DNA from: a virus
Taxonomy: Duplodnaviria; Caudoviricetes
IMG/VR virus record: IMGVR_UViG_3300024346_000006
Strand: one strand, 5' to 3'
DNA: 64,000 nt
Part shown: positions 19,240 to 27,361 of the stretch, piece after piece
Position numbering within the stretch: the stretch's first letter is position 1
Layout of the letters: each line of letters starts with the position of its first letter
Notes under the pieces: model-generated
Told to the model about the DNA's origin: nothing
The model's input: only the letters and a program-made list of their open reading frames with translations
Database searches by the model: none
Made by a program: the position numbers and the translations under genes

Positions 19240-19578
19240 ACTGTGGGCCCGTTTAGTAACAAGGTGGAACCCATACCCCGCTGATCATGCTGCTAGAGCA
19301 AACTCAGGTGCAAAGTTATCGTTTGCGTTTAGTTTTGTTTGACCGAATATCGTAGGTCAACACGGTAATCTACTCTCATCTCTACACACCTGTCGATCCT
19401 ATTTCGCCCCCATCATAAACACACTACTTGCAGTATCTTCCTCTGCGTAACCTCGTTGGAGGTAACTTAGTTTATTCGTAGCCTTGCCACTTCTAGTTCA
19501 AAGCAGTGTGTTTATGGTGGAGGCGTTGGGTACTGCCCCCAAGTCCAGTATGCATGTTGAATCGTATCAACAATTACA
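19240..19578 (-). ncRNA. ssrA: circularly permuted two-piece tmRNA
   Basis: Acceptor piece ending ...TTGGGGGCAGTACCCAACGCCTCCACCA (3' end 19515) precedes the coding piece starting GGGGGCGAAATAGGATCGAC (19411); tag ANDNFAPEFALAA-stop at 19326-19285; outer ends approximate. Confidence 0.93.
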
Positions 19579-19660
19579 AGTTTATTTATACACTATTCTT
19601 TTCTTTTTGTCAAGCAAAAAAATGTATAAAAAAATATAGTGCAATAATACAACACCAATT

Positions 19661-20116
19661 TTATACCATGAGCTCAAAGTGTGGTGCATCAATAAATGGG
19701 CGCCTTCCCTGAGAACGTCTTAAATCGACATAGGCGTTCATGGCATCTTCCATGGAACCATCCCACTCCCTAATGTCATCAATGTGCCAGGCTGCACCCC
19801 AGCGGATTGCTACGTCCTCTTCTATTGCAGCTGCCTTCATTGCATCAGCAACTTCATCATACACATTGAGTTCCCAGACTCCACGGCCGCCAACATAGGC
19901 CATCAAGTCTACTGCGAGTCCATCAAGATGTTTACTCTTCATTGTTTGACTTGCGCCCTTTGCAACTAAAGCCTCTTGTTCTTCGAGCGTTCTTAAACCT
20001 TGAATCACTCCAAAATCGACCTCAGTCAATTCGATAGCACGGCTGACAACTCTAACCATGTCATCATGAACACCTTCCATTTTAGAAAGTGATCTATTTG
20101 ATAATTTAAAAGCCAT
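19661..20116 (-). CDS. endolysin, M15 family peptidase
   Basis: QGLRTLEEQ, SKHLDGLAVDL, IRWGAAW, DAPHFEL. Confidence 0.88.
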   Translation of the reverse strand: MAFKLSNRSLSKMEGVHDDMVRVVSRAIELTEVDFGVIQGLRTLEEQEALVAKGASQTMKSKHLDGLAVDLMAYVGGRGVWELNVYDEVADAMKAAAIEEDVAIRWGAAWHIDDIREWDGSMEDAMNAYVDLRRSQGRRPFIDAPHFELMV

Positions 20117-20118
20117 TT

Positions 20119-20655
20119 TTAATCCTTTTCTTTTTTGTTTTCGGGGGTAGTAAATTTAAATGTAACGTCATCTGGAGTTAAAGATACGTTATACTGTTGA
20201 CTAAAAGAAACATCGGAAGTATCTAAGGTAAAATTCATACCATCAGTAATATTCATACCATCAAATGTGATAGAACCTATATCATACTCCCCAGAACCAG
20301 TAGTCAGTGTTATAGTGTCTTCTGATTTTACTTTTTGAGGAAATTCAACAATTTTTGCAGTGTTATCTAAACCGTTAAGTCTATTATACATTTCTTCTGC
20401 ATTCATAGAATATTCATCAAACAATTCTGCTCCCATAGTAGAATCATAGTCTTTATCAGTCACACTTTCTACATGTTGAATTTCACCTCTCTTAATCCAA
20501 TCAAATCCTACTGCAATCAAAAAGGTTTCGATTTTCTCCAACACCTCACCAAGTGTTGCATCTGTCGCATCGAATGAATGAGTAATAATCTCATCATTAC
20601 CAGAATCGGTATGTACACTACTGAGAGTGTAATTTGTACTGTAGTCTTTCATCAT
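20119..20655 (-). CDS. hypothetical protein
   Basis: 178-aa acidic ORF. Confidence 0.6.
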   Translation of the reverse strand: MMKDYSTNYTLSSVHTDSGNDEIITHSFDATDATLGEVLEKIETFLIAVGFDWIKRGEIQHVESVTDKDYDSTMGAELFDEYSMNAEEMYNRLNGLDNTAKIVEFPQKVKSEDTITLTTGSGEYDIGSITFDGMNITDGMNFTLDTSDVSFSQQYNVSLTPDDVTFKFTTPENKKEKD

Positions 20656-20802
20656 TAGTCTCCTGAGAATTTCTCCTCTGTCTGTTTATATACGCCTGTC
20701 GATGGAAATGATGCCGCATTCTTGACCTTGCGGCACGTAATCCAATTCTTAATTGATTTATTTTTGCCTTCCCCATAATACACTCCAGAATTATATAGGT
20801 TA

Positions 20803-21603
20803 TTAAAAAAAATTATCAATAGTAATATCTGCTTTGTATCTTGCAATATTACTCTTGTTATGTTTTATGTCATTACTATGAACAAACGGCATATCATCGC
20901 ACCACTCATATTCTGTTTCGCCTGGACGTTTAATTTTCCACTGCAAATCTTCATCTTTTGGATATCGATTTGTCCAACAACAAGTAGAATGTCTATTCAT
21001 ATACTTTCTATCTGTCTTAGTCAATGGGTAGATATATCTGAACTGTTTACCCCATACTCTTGAAAACCCCATATCACCCATTTTGGCGTCATTTGGTCGA
21101 GGGCCATACTTTGTATCATGTCTCCCCATCTCTTTCTTCATCTTTCTTTGTATAGTCCTAAAATGCACCTTCTCGCCTGTCTCAGAGACATATACATCAG
21201 ACCATATAAAACCACCGTAAAGAAAGTTTGCAGATTGGTAAACATATCCTGGCTTTCCAACTATTCCATCTGCCCAAGTATACAGATATTTTACATCTGT
21301 ATTTTCACGCATCCATTTTACTGTTTGAGATAACATTTGAGATTCGGAGTTTCTGGGCATAGAATCATCCATACACATCTTTCCAATCTCAAAGTAATCA
21401 GAAGTTGTCAAATCTGGAAACATTTTTTTAATTGTTCCCATAGGATTAGTTCCCCATCCTAAAGTTAAAACACCAACCAGCTTATCATCTAAGTGAAAAC
21501 CTAGATAATGTTTAGTTAGTCGAGGCATAACTGCAGAATAATGGCGTTCTGCAACAAATACAGAAGCATTATTCTTGTGAAGGGGTCTTATATCATACAT
21601 CAA
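20803..21603 (-). CDS. Mom-like DNA adenine modification enzyme (GNAT fold)
   Basis: VAERHYS, LVGVLTLG, EIGKMC, RNSESQMLS, LYTWADG..G..GYVYQSANF.Y.G. Confidence 0.72.
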   Translation of the reverse strand: MMYDIRPLHKNNASVFVAERHYSAVMPRLTKHYLGFHLDDKLVGVLTLGWGTNPMGTIKKMFPDLTTSDYFEIGKMCMDDSMPRNSESQMLSQTVKWMRENTDVKYLYTWADGIVGKPGYVYQSANFLYGGFIWSDVYVSETGEKVHFRTIQRKMKKEMGRHDTKYGPRPNDAKMGDMGFSRVWGKQFRYIYPLTKTDRKYMNRHSTCCWTNRYPKDEDLQWKIKRPGETEYEWCDDMPFVHSNDIKHNKSNIARYKADITIDNFF

Positions 21604-22187
21604 ACAACCTTATAATCGCTCATAGTAGCTCGTTGTTCAACTTCATCCCACATACTTTTCTGATCTAGATAACTAAGCATATTTTCTGGAGTTGTTAGGA
21701 TATATGGATCATCATCACTTCCATCGTTATTGATGCCCGGCTCTTGCCACCACTGCTCAACAACACCATTATTAATGACACACATATATCTCCAACTACG
21801 CAAACCAAAACCTAAGTGGTTTTTACCAATCAACATTCCCATGAAACGAGTAAAGTTTCCAGAACCGTCTGGAATTACTTTCACATTCTGAATATCTTGC
21901 GACTTTGCCCAAGCATTCATAACAAATGCATCGTTAACTGAAATGCAATATACTTCATCAATACCATAATCTTTAATCTTTGAATAATTACTTTCAAAGC
22001 CTGGCAATTGATATGTAGAACAAGTGGGTGTAAATGCGCCGGGCAAGCTGAATAAAACTACTCTCTTACCTTTAAACAATTCATCACTTGTTACATCTTC
22101 CCATCGATATGGGTTTGGGCCTTCGATTGATTCATCTCTGACCCTAGTTCTGAATACCACGCAGGGTGGACTAAATCCTTCTATCAT
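21600..22187 (-). CDS. peroxiredoxin (Prx5-like)
   Basis: VVLFSLPGAFTPTCS, VYCISVNDAFVMNAW, IPDGSGNFT, GLRSWRY. Confidence 0.95.
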   Translation of the reverse strand: MIEGFSPPCVVFRTRVRDESIEGPNPYRWEDVTSDELFKGKRVVLFSLPGAFTPTCSTYQLPGFESNYSKIKDYGIDEVYCISVNDAFVMNAWAKSQDIQNVKVIPDGSGNFTRFMGMLIGKNHLGFGLRSWRYMCVINNGVVEQWWQEPGINNDGSDDDPYILTTPENMLSYLDQKSMWDEVEQRATMSDYKVV

Positions 22188-22453
22188 ACAGCGGGTTCTC
22201 CTCTCATCATAAATTTTCTTTGTTTCCTAAAATCACCCCAAAGTTCACTTGCCCTAACCTTTATAAAAGGTTTATTGGTTTCTGTAGTATTTGGGTTTGG
22301 AATTGTAAGAACTACATTCTTGCCTTGTTGCCATGCCTCTCTTTGACGAATTGCATGTACAAGAGTACCCTTCGGACTTTTGGTTCTATTCTTTCGTGAT
22401 ACACTACGGCGCTCGCCTTTAGATGTATAATTATTTCCCATTTGCTTTACCAC
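22184..22453 (-). CDS. hypothetical basic protein
   Basis: VVLTIPNPNTTETNKPFIKV; overlaps neighbours by a few nt. Confidence 0.6.
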   Translation of the reverse strand: MVKQMGNNYTSKGERRSVSRKNRTKSPKGTLVHAIRQREAWQQGKNVVLTIPNPNTTETNKPFIKVRASELWGDFRKQRKFMMRGEPAV

Positions 22454-22456
22454 CCA

Positions 22457-22753
22457 TTAATCTAAATCTCCATGTTCTCTAAGTCTTTCAAATCGAAATG
22501 ATCTCCAACCCTCTTTTTCCAAATCCCAAACAACAATAAGGTTTGGATCTTTTTCTTTTTGGACTGAACCTGTCGCTTCTACTGGATTATCAGGCCACGG
22601 CACGATCTTCGGATTTGTCGTGCAGTGCATTACTCTTAGAGTTCCGTCTGCCTTTTCGAACACTACTCGTTGTGTCTTTTCTTGTAGAATTGCCTTTAGT
22701 GTTGCTGCGTCCAGAGTTACTATTGGACTTTGTTGTTGCATTTCTTCTGCCAT
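22457..22753 (-). CDS. WYL_2/DUF2693-like SH3-fold protein
   Basis: VVFEKADGTLRVMHCT and VWDLEKEGWRSFR. Confidence 0.8.
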   Translation of the reverse strand: MAEEMQQQSPIVTLDAATLKAILQEKTQRVVFEKADGTLRVMHCTTNPKIVPWPDNPVEATGSVQKEKDPNLIVVWDLEKEGWRSFRFERLREHGDLD

Positions 22754-23267
22754 TATTTTTCACCTTTTTTGATTTTACAATTTTATCATTATCGCATGAT
22801 TCTTTGTATAAGTCAAGATAAAATTTCCAATGTTTTTCAGTATTATTATATCTCGCATTATATAATATACTCCAATCATCTATTCCGAAAGACAATAGAT
22901 GTCTACCATGTTTCGTTTCCTTAGTAATTGCATACTGAGCGCCATGGGGGCCAGGAAATTTTATCTGTTCATCAATTAAACTAGTATCAAACTTTTGTAT
23001 AGGGGGTGGTGGGGGATATGAACGAGATTTCTTTTTTGGTTTTGCAGGAGGCGGTTTAGGGCCTTTATATCCAATCTCGTAACATTTGGGTTCTGGGGGC
23101 AATGATGCTACCCGAGCGGCCTCCATCTCTGCTTTAGTTCTACGCTTCCTCTTTTGTTTTGGTTTTGAGGATTTAGTTTCAGCCACTCGAGCGGCTTCCA
23201 TTTCTGCCTTTGTTCTTCTTTTGCGACTAGGTTTCGCTTTCGTCTTTTCCACCATTGTAATTACCAC
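22590..23267 (-). CDS. basic hypothetical protein with duplicated KRRTKAEMEAARVA motif
   Basis: Repeat visible in both DNA and protein; 3' end overlaps the next gene by 164 nt. Confidence 0.55.
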   Translation of the reverse strand: MVITMVEKTKAKPSRKRRTKAEMEAARVAETKSSKPKQKRKRRTKAEMEAARVASLPPEPKCYEIGYKGPKPPPAKPKKKSRSYPPPPPIQKFDTSLIDEQIKFPGPHGAQYAITKETKHGRHLLSFGIDDWSILYNARYNNTEKHWKFYLDLYKESCDNDKIVKSKKVKNNGRRNATTKSNSNSGRSNTKGNSTRKDTTSSVRKGRRNSKSNALHDKSEDRAVA

Positions 23268-23466
23268 GCATATCCATGATTTTTTCTCGCCCTATTAAAT
23301 CTATTATAAAATTTGTTAAGTCGATTTCTTTACGAATGAAAAACATTTTATTATTTAATTTTTCTAACTCTCGTTGATAATACTCCAGTTGATCCTGGCC
23401 TATTTTTCGAACTTTTTTTTCTATTATATCTGTTAGAAGAATTATTTTTCTTTCTTTGTTTCCCAT
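23227..23466 (-). CDS. hypothetical coiled-coil protein
   Basis: LTDIIEKKVRK...KMFFIRKEIDLTNFII. Confidence 0.6.
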   Translation of the reverse strand: MGNKERKIILLTDIIEKKVRKIGQDQLEYYQRELEKLNNKMFFIRKEIDLTNFIIDLIGREKIMDMRGNYNGGKDESET

Positions 23467-23478
23467 CCAACACCTATA

Positions 23479-23554
23479 TGGTGCCGCCAGGGAGTCTCGA
23501 ACTCCCGACCTGATGCTTACAAGGCAACTGCTCTTCCAGCTGAGCTACAGCGGC
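23479..23554 (-). tRNA. tRNA-Thr(UGU)
   Basis: GCCGCTGTAGCTCAGCTGG...CTTGTAA...GTTCGAGACTCCCTGGCGGCACCA. Confidence 0.93.
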
Positions 23555-23748
23555 GAATTTTCTATTTCATTTTCTCGTTTTTTAATCCAGTCCTTTAATT
23601 CACAAACCCTTCCAACATACATCATATATGCAGCCTGCCATTCTGGTTCTCCAGTAAGAGCCCACTGTTGACTGCACTGATCGGCATTTTGGACTAAATT
23701 TTTAATTATATTCTGGTACTTGTCTCTAAATCCAAGTGACATAAACAT
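23545..23748 (-). CDS. hypothetical protein
   Basis: Small codirectional ORF within the tRNA cluster. Confidence 0.5.
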   Translation of the reverse strand: MFMSLGFRDKYQNIIKNLVQNADQCSQQWALTGEPEWQAAYMMYVGRVCELKDWIKKRENEIENSPL

Positions 23749-23940
23749 TCCTACTATTTTAAAGTCAACTCCAACTTGATTAGAATGGGTTTGTCATCAA
23801 TTATCATTGCAGCGTATGTATCACCACTTTGGATTTGTAAATCTTTTGGAGACTTACTACTATCTAAAAGTATGTTTCCTGCAACATCTATATCAAAATT
23901 TTTCTTTATATTTTCCATCCTCATAATATATATACTTCCT

Positions 23941-24222
23941 TTAAATCCGATAAAAAGTATATTGACATGTAAGCTCTTCGCCAGGCCAAATATCTCTAAT
24001 TGCAACAAGAAAATACCTACTGTCTCTTTGAACCTTTATGATATTTGGTTCATCAGAGTGATTATAAAAAGCACCCAATGGGGTTCTTTGCAAAGTTTCT
24101 CCCCAATAAAAATGTGACAGGCCGATTTCAGTTCCTTCTTTAATCTGATTGACGCACCAAAGTCCTAGTCCATGTATTCCTGATTTTTTTATTGTTACTT
24201 CTTCTGGTAGAGGTTTATACAT
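23941..24222 (-). CDS. SET-domain protein (putative lysine methyltransferase)
   Basis: KKSGIHGLGL, FYNHSDEPN, IRDIWPGEELTCQY. Confidence 0.88.
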   Translation of the reverse strand: MYKPLPEEVTIKKSGIHGLGLWCVNQIKEGTEIGLSHFYWGETLQRTPLGAFYNHSDEPNIIKVQRDSRYFLVAIRDIWPGEELTCQYTFYRI

Positions 24223-24234
24223 TTCGTATCCTTA

Positions 24235-24777
24235 CTATGGGTTGCCGTCTGATTTTGGTACATCAAACACGAAAGTTATTCTTTCGACACCACCTACATT
24301 ATGTGCCTGATGGTATTTTTTATTATCAAACCAGAAGAAGGTGCCAGGCTTAATAGTATGCCACTCACCATCAACTTCATAATCATATTCACCCTGCAAG
24401 GAAAGATGATACCTATCTCTAGTTAAGTAATAAGTTCCTTCGTCTATATGTTTACCTACCCACTCATCAACCCCCAACTTAAAAAAGGCGGCTCTTGATA
24501 ATTGTGTTATTCCTTGACTTCTCAACCATTTAGAAACTTCATCATATTTATCATAGAGTTCAGTCTTTTGAGTCTTTTCTGTATTCTTTGGACTTTCTCC
24601 TGGCTTTACAACTGCCATGACTAGAGGCAAAAATCCATATGGGTCTAAATCGCCTCCAACATCTTTTCCATCTGCATTTAAATTATTAACATATTTCCAG
24701 TCATCTTGGTTATCAAGAACCTGTTGTAATATCTTACTCACATCTAAGTTCTTTGCAATAAATCTAAAATTACTCAA
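24235..24777 (-). CDS. aspartyl/asparaginyl beta-hydroxylase-like 2OG-Fe(II) oxygenase
   Basis: HID.GTYY..RDRYHLSL, FWFDNKKYH.A.N....RITFVFD. Confidence 0.82.
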   Translation of the reverse strand: MSNFRFIAKNLDVSKILQQVLDNQDDWKYVNNLNADGKDVGGDLDPYGFLPLVMAVVKPGESPKNTEKTQKTELYDKYDEVSKWLRSQGITQLSRAAFFKLGVDEWVGKHIDEGTYYLTRDRYHLSLQGEYDYEVDGEWHTIKPGTFFWFDNKKYHQAHNVGGVERITFVFDVPKSDGNP

Positions 24778-24797
24778 ATAATATCCTACTCATTGTT

Positions 24798-24873
24798 TGG
24801 CTCCCAGAGAGGGGTTCGAACCCCCGACCCAATGATTAACAGTCATTTGCTCTACCAACTGAGCTATCTGGGA
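24798..24873 (-). tRNA. tRNA-Asn(GUU)
   Basis: TCCCAGATAGCTCAGTTGG...CTGTTAA...GTTCGAACCCCTCTCTGGGAGCCA. Confidence 0.95.
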
Positions 24874-24887
24874 ATAATCCTCTAAAT

Positions 24888-24964
24888 TGGTCGGAGTTAG
24901 AGGATTCGAACCTCTGACCCTCTGCTCCCAAAGCAGATGCGCTACCAGACTGCGCCAAACTCCG
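24888..24964 (-). tRNA. tRNA-Pro(UGG)
   Basis: CGGAGTTTGGCGCAGTCTGG...TTTGGGA...GTTCGAATCCTCTAACTCCGACCA. Confidence 0.95.
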
Positions 24965-24993
24965 TTTATAATCCGCCGCCATGGATTTTTATT

Positions 24994-25068
24994 TGGAGCG
25001 GGTAGTCAGAATCGAACTGACATCAAAAGGTTGGAAACCTCTTATAATAACCATTATACGATACCCGC
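24994..25068 (-). tRNA. tRNA-Gly(UCC)
   Basis: GCGGGTATCGTATAATGG...TTTCCAA...GTTCGATTCTGACTACCCGCTCCA. Confidence 0.93.
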
Positions 25069-25272
25069 CTAAACTTCAACATCAATGTTACCAACTGGTT
25101 CGACTATTCTCATCTTTCCAGTTCTATCATATGTTCTATAAACTTCTTCAACTCTAATAGAGCCTCCAAAATCTTTGTGTGTTACTACAATGTTATGAAT
25201 TTTATCACCGACATTAAGTTGTCTAACATACTCACTCACAATTCTTACTGGTGGTACTGGTGATACTTGCAT
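25069..25272 (-). CDS. hypothetical protein
   Basis: Small ORF between tRNA genes. Confidence 0.5.
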   Translation of the reverse strand: MQVSPVPPVRIVSEYVRQLNVGDKIHNIVVTHKDFGGSIRVEEVYRTYDRTGKMRIVEPVGNIDVEV

Positions 25273-25442
25273 TACAGTAACTCTAAATAAAAAGGACAGT
25301 AGGTGTTGATGTTCACCGCAGTTTGAGGGGTTGCAGGCCGCTTTATTTTCTTGTACATTAGTCGCCTCTTCCTACTGTCCGCCCCTGTTTAATCTTGTGT
25401 CTTATATTTAGTGTCGTTTTCAGGCACTCACTCGACATTAAT

Positions 25443-25519
25443 TGGCCTGCCCTGTAGGATTCGAACCTACGACCCACAGCTTAGAAGGCTGTTGCTCTAT
25501 CCAGCTGAGCTAAGGGCAG
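25443..25519 (-). tRNA. tRNA-Arg(UCU)
   Basis: CTGCCCTTAGCTCAGCTGG...CTTCTAA...GTTCGAATCCTACAGGGCAGGCCA. Confidence 0.95.
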
Positions 25520-25579
25520 ATTTCTATGTTTCGTTAACAAGTATAATATATCATAAACGAAACACATTGTCAATATGTT

Positions 25580-25768
25580 TTAATGTTTTTCCCTTAACCT
25601 TATCCACTCTTCATGGACTTTAATTTGATGTTCAAGTTCATAAACTGTTTCTTCTAATACAACAACTTTTTTAAAAAGATGTTTAATAAGTTCTCTGTCA
25701 GAGATACCGAACATTTTTGCTTCATCATCGTCAATATGAATATCGGAAAAACTTTCTAAAAGTCTCAT
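25580..25768 (-). CDS. hypothetical protein
   Basis: Codirectional small ORF. Confidence 0.5.
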   Translation of the reverse strand: MRLLESFSDIHIDDDEAKMFGISDRELIKHLFKKVVVLEETVYELEHQIKVHEEWIRLREKH

Positions 25769-25773
25769 TTAAA

Positions 25774-25983
25774 TTACTCTCTTGAAAAACTCTTGAAAAA
25801 ATTTAGATTGGATAAATACAGGTGTTCGTATTTGTCCCACTCTTCATCAAAAATCTTTTCTAATTTTTCCCTAGAAAACTTTTCATATGCCTGTTCAAAG
25901 AATTGTTTCTTTGCATCGTCATATTCAAGGCCAACAGAATACAGTTTACCTACATTATTTTTTACTTCAGTAATTTGTGACAT
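25774..25983 (-). CDS. hypothetical protein
   Basis: Codirectional small ORF with RBS. Confidence 0.5.
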   Translation of the reverse strand: MSQITEVKNNVGKLYSVGLEYDDAKKQFFEQAYEKFSREKLEKIFDEEWDKYEHLYLSNLNFFKSFSRE

Positions 25984-25995
25984 TTTAACTCTCCA

Positions 25996-26352
25996 TCAAA
26001 CTTGAACAGGGATTGCTTTTGTAATAGTATGAAGTTTTTTTATGACCGTGTTAACCTCATTTTCTGTTAAGTGTCCCTTAACGTCATCTTCAATAATGCC
26101 AGGCAAATTTGCAAATTCACCATTAACAAAGACAGCGATTTCATAAGGAGCGGTTTCAGAACCATATGCACCTTCACCACTGATAATACTCAATTGATGA
26201 CATTCACCAAAGGATAATAATGACTGGAAACCGCCAGGCATGTAATCCTTTTCAATAATTTCAAAATCTGCAAGTTTCATTTTAAATAGTCCACTTCCTT
26301 TGTTCTTCAAAAACGATTTGTGCCGCTTGATAGTAATCACGATCTTCGTCAT
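25996..26352 (-). CDS. hypothetical protein (true start probably MKLADF near 26280)
   Basis: LSIISGEGAYG...PYEIAV; upstream part overlaps the next ORF. Confidence 0.55.
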   Translation of the reverse strand: MTKIVITIKRHKSFLKNKGSGLFKMKLADFEIIEKDYMPGGFQSLLSFGECHQLSIISGEGAYGSETAPYEIAVFVNGEFANLPGIIEDDVKGHLTENEVNTVIKKLHTITKAIPVQV

Positions 26353-26488
26353 TCATATGACTGAAGTAAAGTCCAACTTTCTCCAGTTCAACCATAAACT
26401 CTTCTGGCGACTCAATATGTCGCTGACTTTCTAAACTCTCCTGTACAGTATCCATAAGAATTTTTATTTTTTCTTGTATTTTCGACAT
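26282..26488 (-). CDS. hypothetical protein
   Basis: Codirectional small ORF with AGGAG RBS. Confidence 0.55.
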   Translation of the reverse strand: MSKIQEKIKILMDTVQESLESQRHIESPEEFMVELEKVGLYFSHMNDEDRDYYQAAQIVFEEQRKWTI

Positions 26489-26671
26489 TTGTAACTCCTT
26501 AAATATATTACTTAGTCGAAAAACTAAAAATGTAATATACCACTTTACATTTCTCCCATCTCAAAAGACCAATATTTTCCATCAGACCTAAGTTTTGCAA
26601 GAACATCTATTGCCTGTTCTTTCGTCAGTGCTTCCCAACGGAATTTTTCTTCACTAAATCTTTCTTTCACT

Positions 26672-26920
26672 TCAACAAAAAACATCTAAGTACTCCCGAT
26701 TACTAGTTTCCAAAACTACGATGTGTCCAAAATTCTCTTCAAACACTTTAAGAAGATTAAGATAATCTCCAGATTTCATATCTTGTATAATAGACTCCGA
26801 ATCTACACCACATATAGATGAGAGTTTTTCGGCCATCCCAAAAAGAACAAATGCATTGCCTTGGGGCCCATCTAAATCGATATGAATTTTTTCATTGTAT
26901 TTTTTCGAACGAACTGCCAC
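26672..26920 (-). CDS. hypothetical phage protein
   Basis: IDLDGPQGNAFVL...MKSGDYLNLL.VFE..FG. Confidence 0.65.
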   Translation of the reverse strand: MAVRSKKYNEKIHIDLDGPQGNAFVLFGMAEKLSSICGVDSESIIQDMKSGDYLNLLKVFEENFGHIVVLETSNREYLDVFC

Positions 26921-26923
26921 GAA

Positions 26924-27295
26924 TTACGCTCCTGTATATTCGTAAGGTTTGTTCCACTTACCGACATTAATGTTGGTGTAGTGTGAACGACTAAAGTAAT
27001 CAGTCATCGCATCATCGTTGTTGAAGTAGTTAGGGCCGTGCATGGCCGCTAACAACTTGTTAAGGAACTTCCTAGCAACGCCTTCATAATGCTCATCGAT
27101 CCAGTACTCATTGACTTGGATGTAACGATCGCCGTGAGTGTAGTTGTCAGAGAAGTCAATCTTGCCTGATTTGATGTTTACGCAAAGCGTTGAGTGATTG
27201 TTGACAGAAATACTGCCCTTCATGCCGAACTCTGTAAGGACTGCTTTGATAGCAGGAGCGAGTTCTTTCTTCATTTTTTGTGATACATATGCCAT
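26924..27295 (-). CDS. hypothetical phage protein
   Basis: MAYVSQKMKKELAPAIKAVL...DDAMTDYF..HY..INVGKWNKPY; lies behind a sigma70-like promoter. Confidence 0.7.
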   Translation of the reverse strand: MAYVSQKMKKELAPAIKAVLTEFGMKGSISVNNHSTLCVNIKSGKIDFSDNYTHGDRYIQVNEYWIDEHYEGVARKFLNKLLAAMHGPNYFNNDDAMTDYFSRSHYTNINVGKWNKPYEYTGA

Positions 27296-27361
27296 AATTT
27301 AGATCCTCATCACTGTTTTCATCAACTTACATATATAATATAATACTTTTTGGGGTGTTTG

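Noticed and set aside
19506-19712. Plus-strand ORF MCLWWRRWVLPPSP...
   Set aside because: Antisense to the tmRNA acceptor piece; typical artefact of tRNA-like sequence
23456-25623. ORFs antisense to or overlapping tRNA genes (23456-23671, 24887-25072, 25411-25623)
   Set aside because: Translations of tRNA sequence
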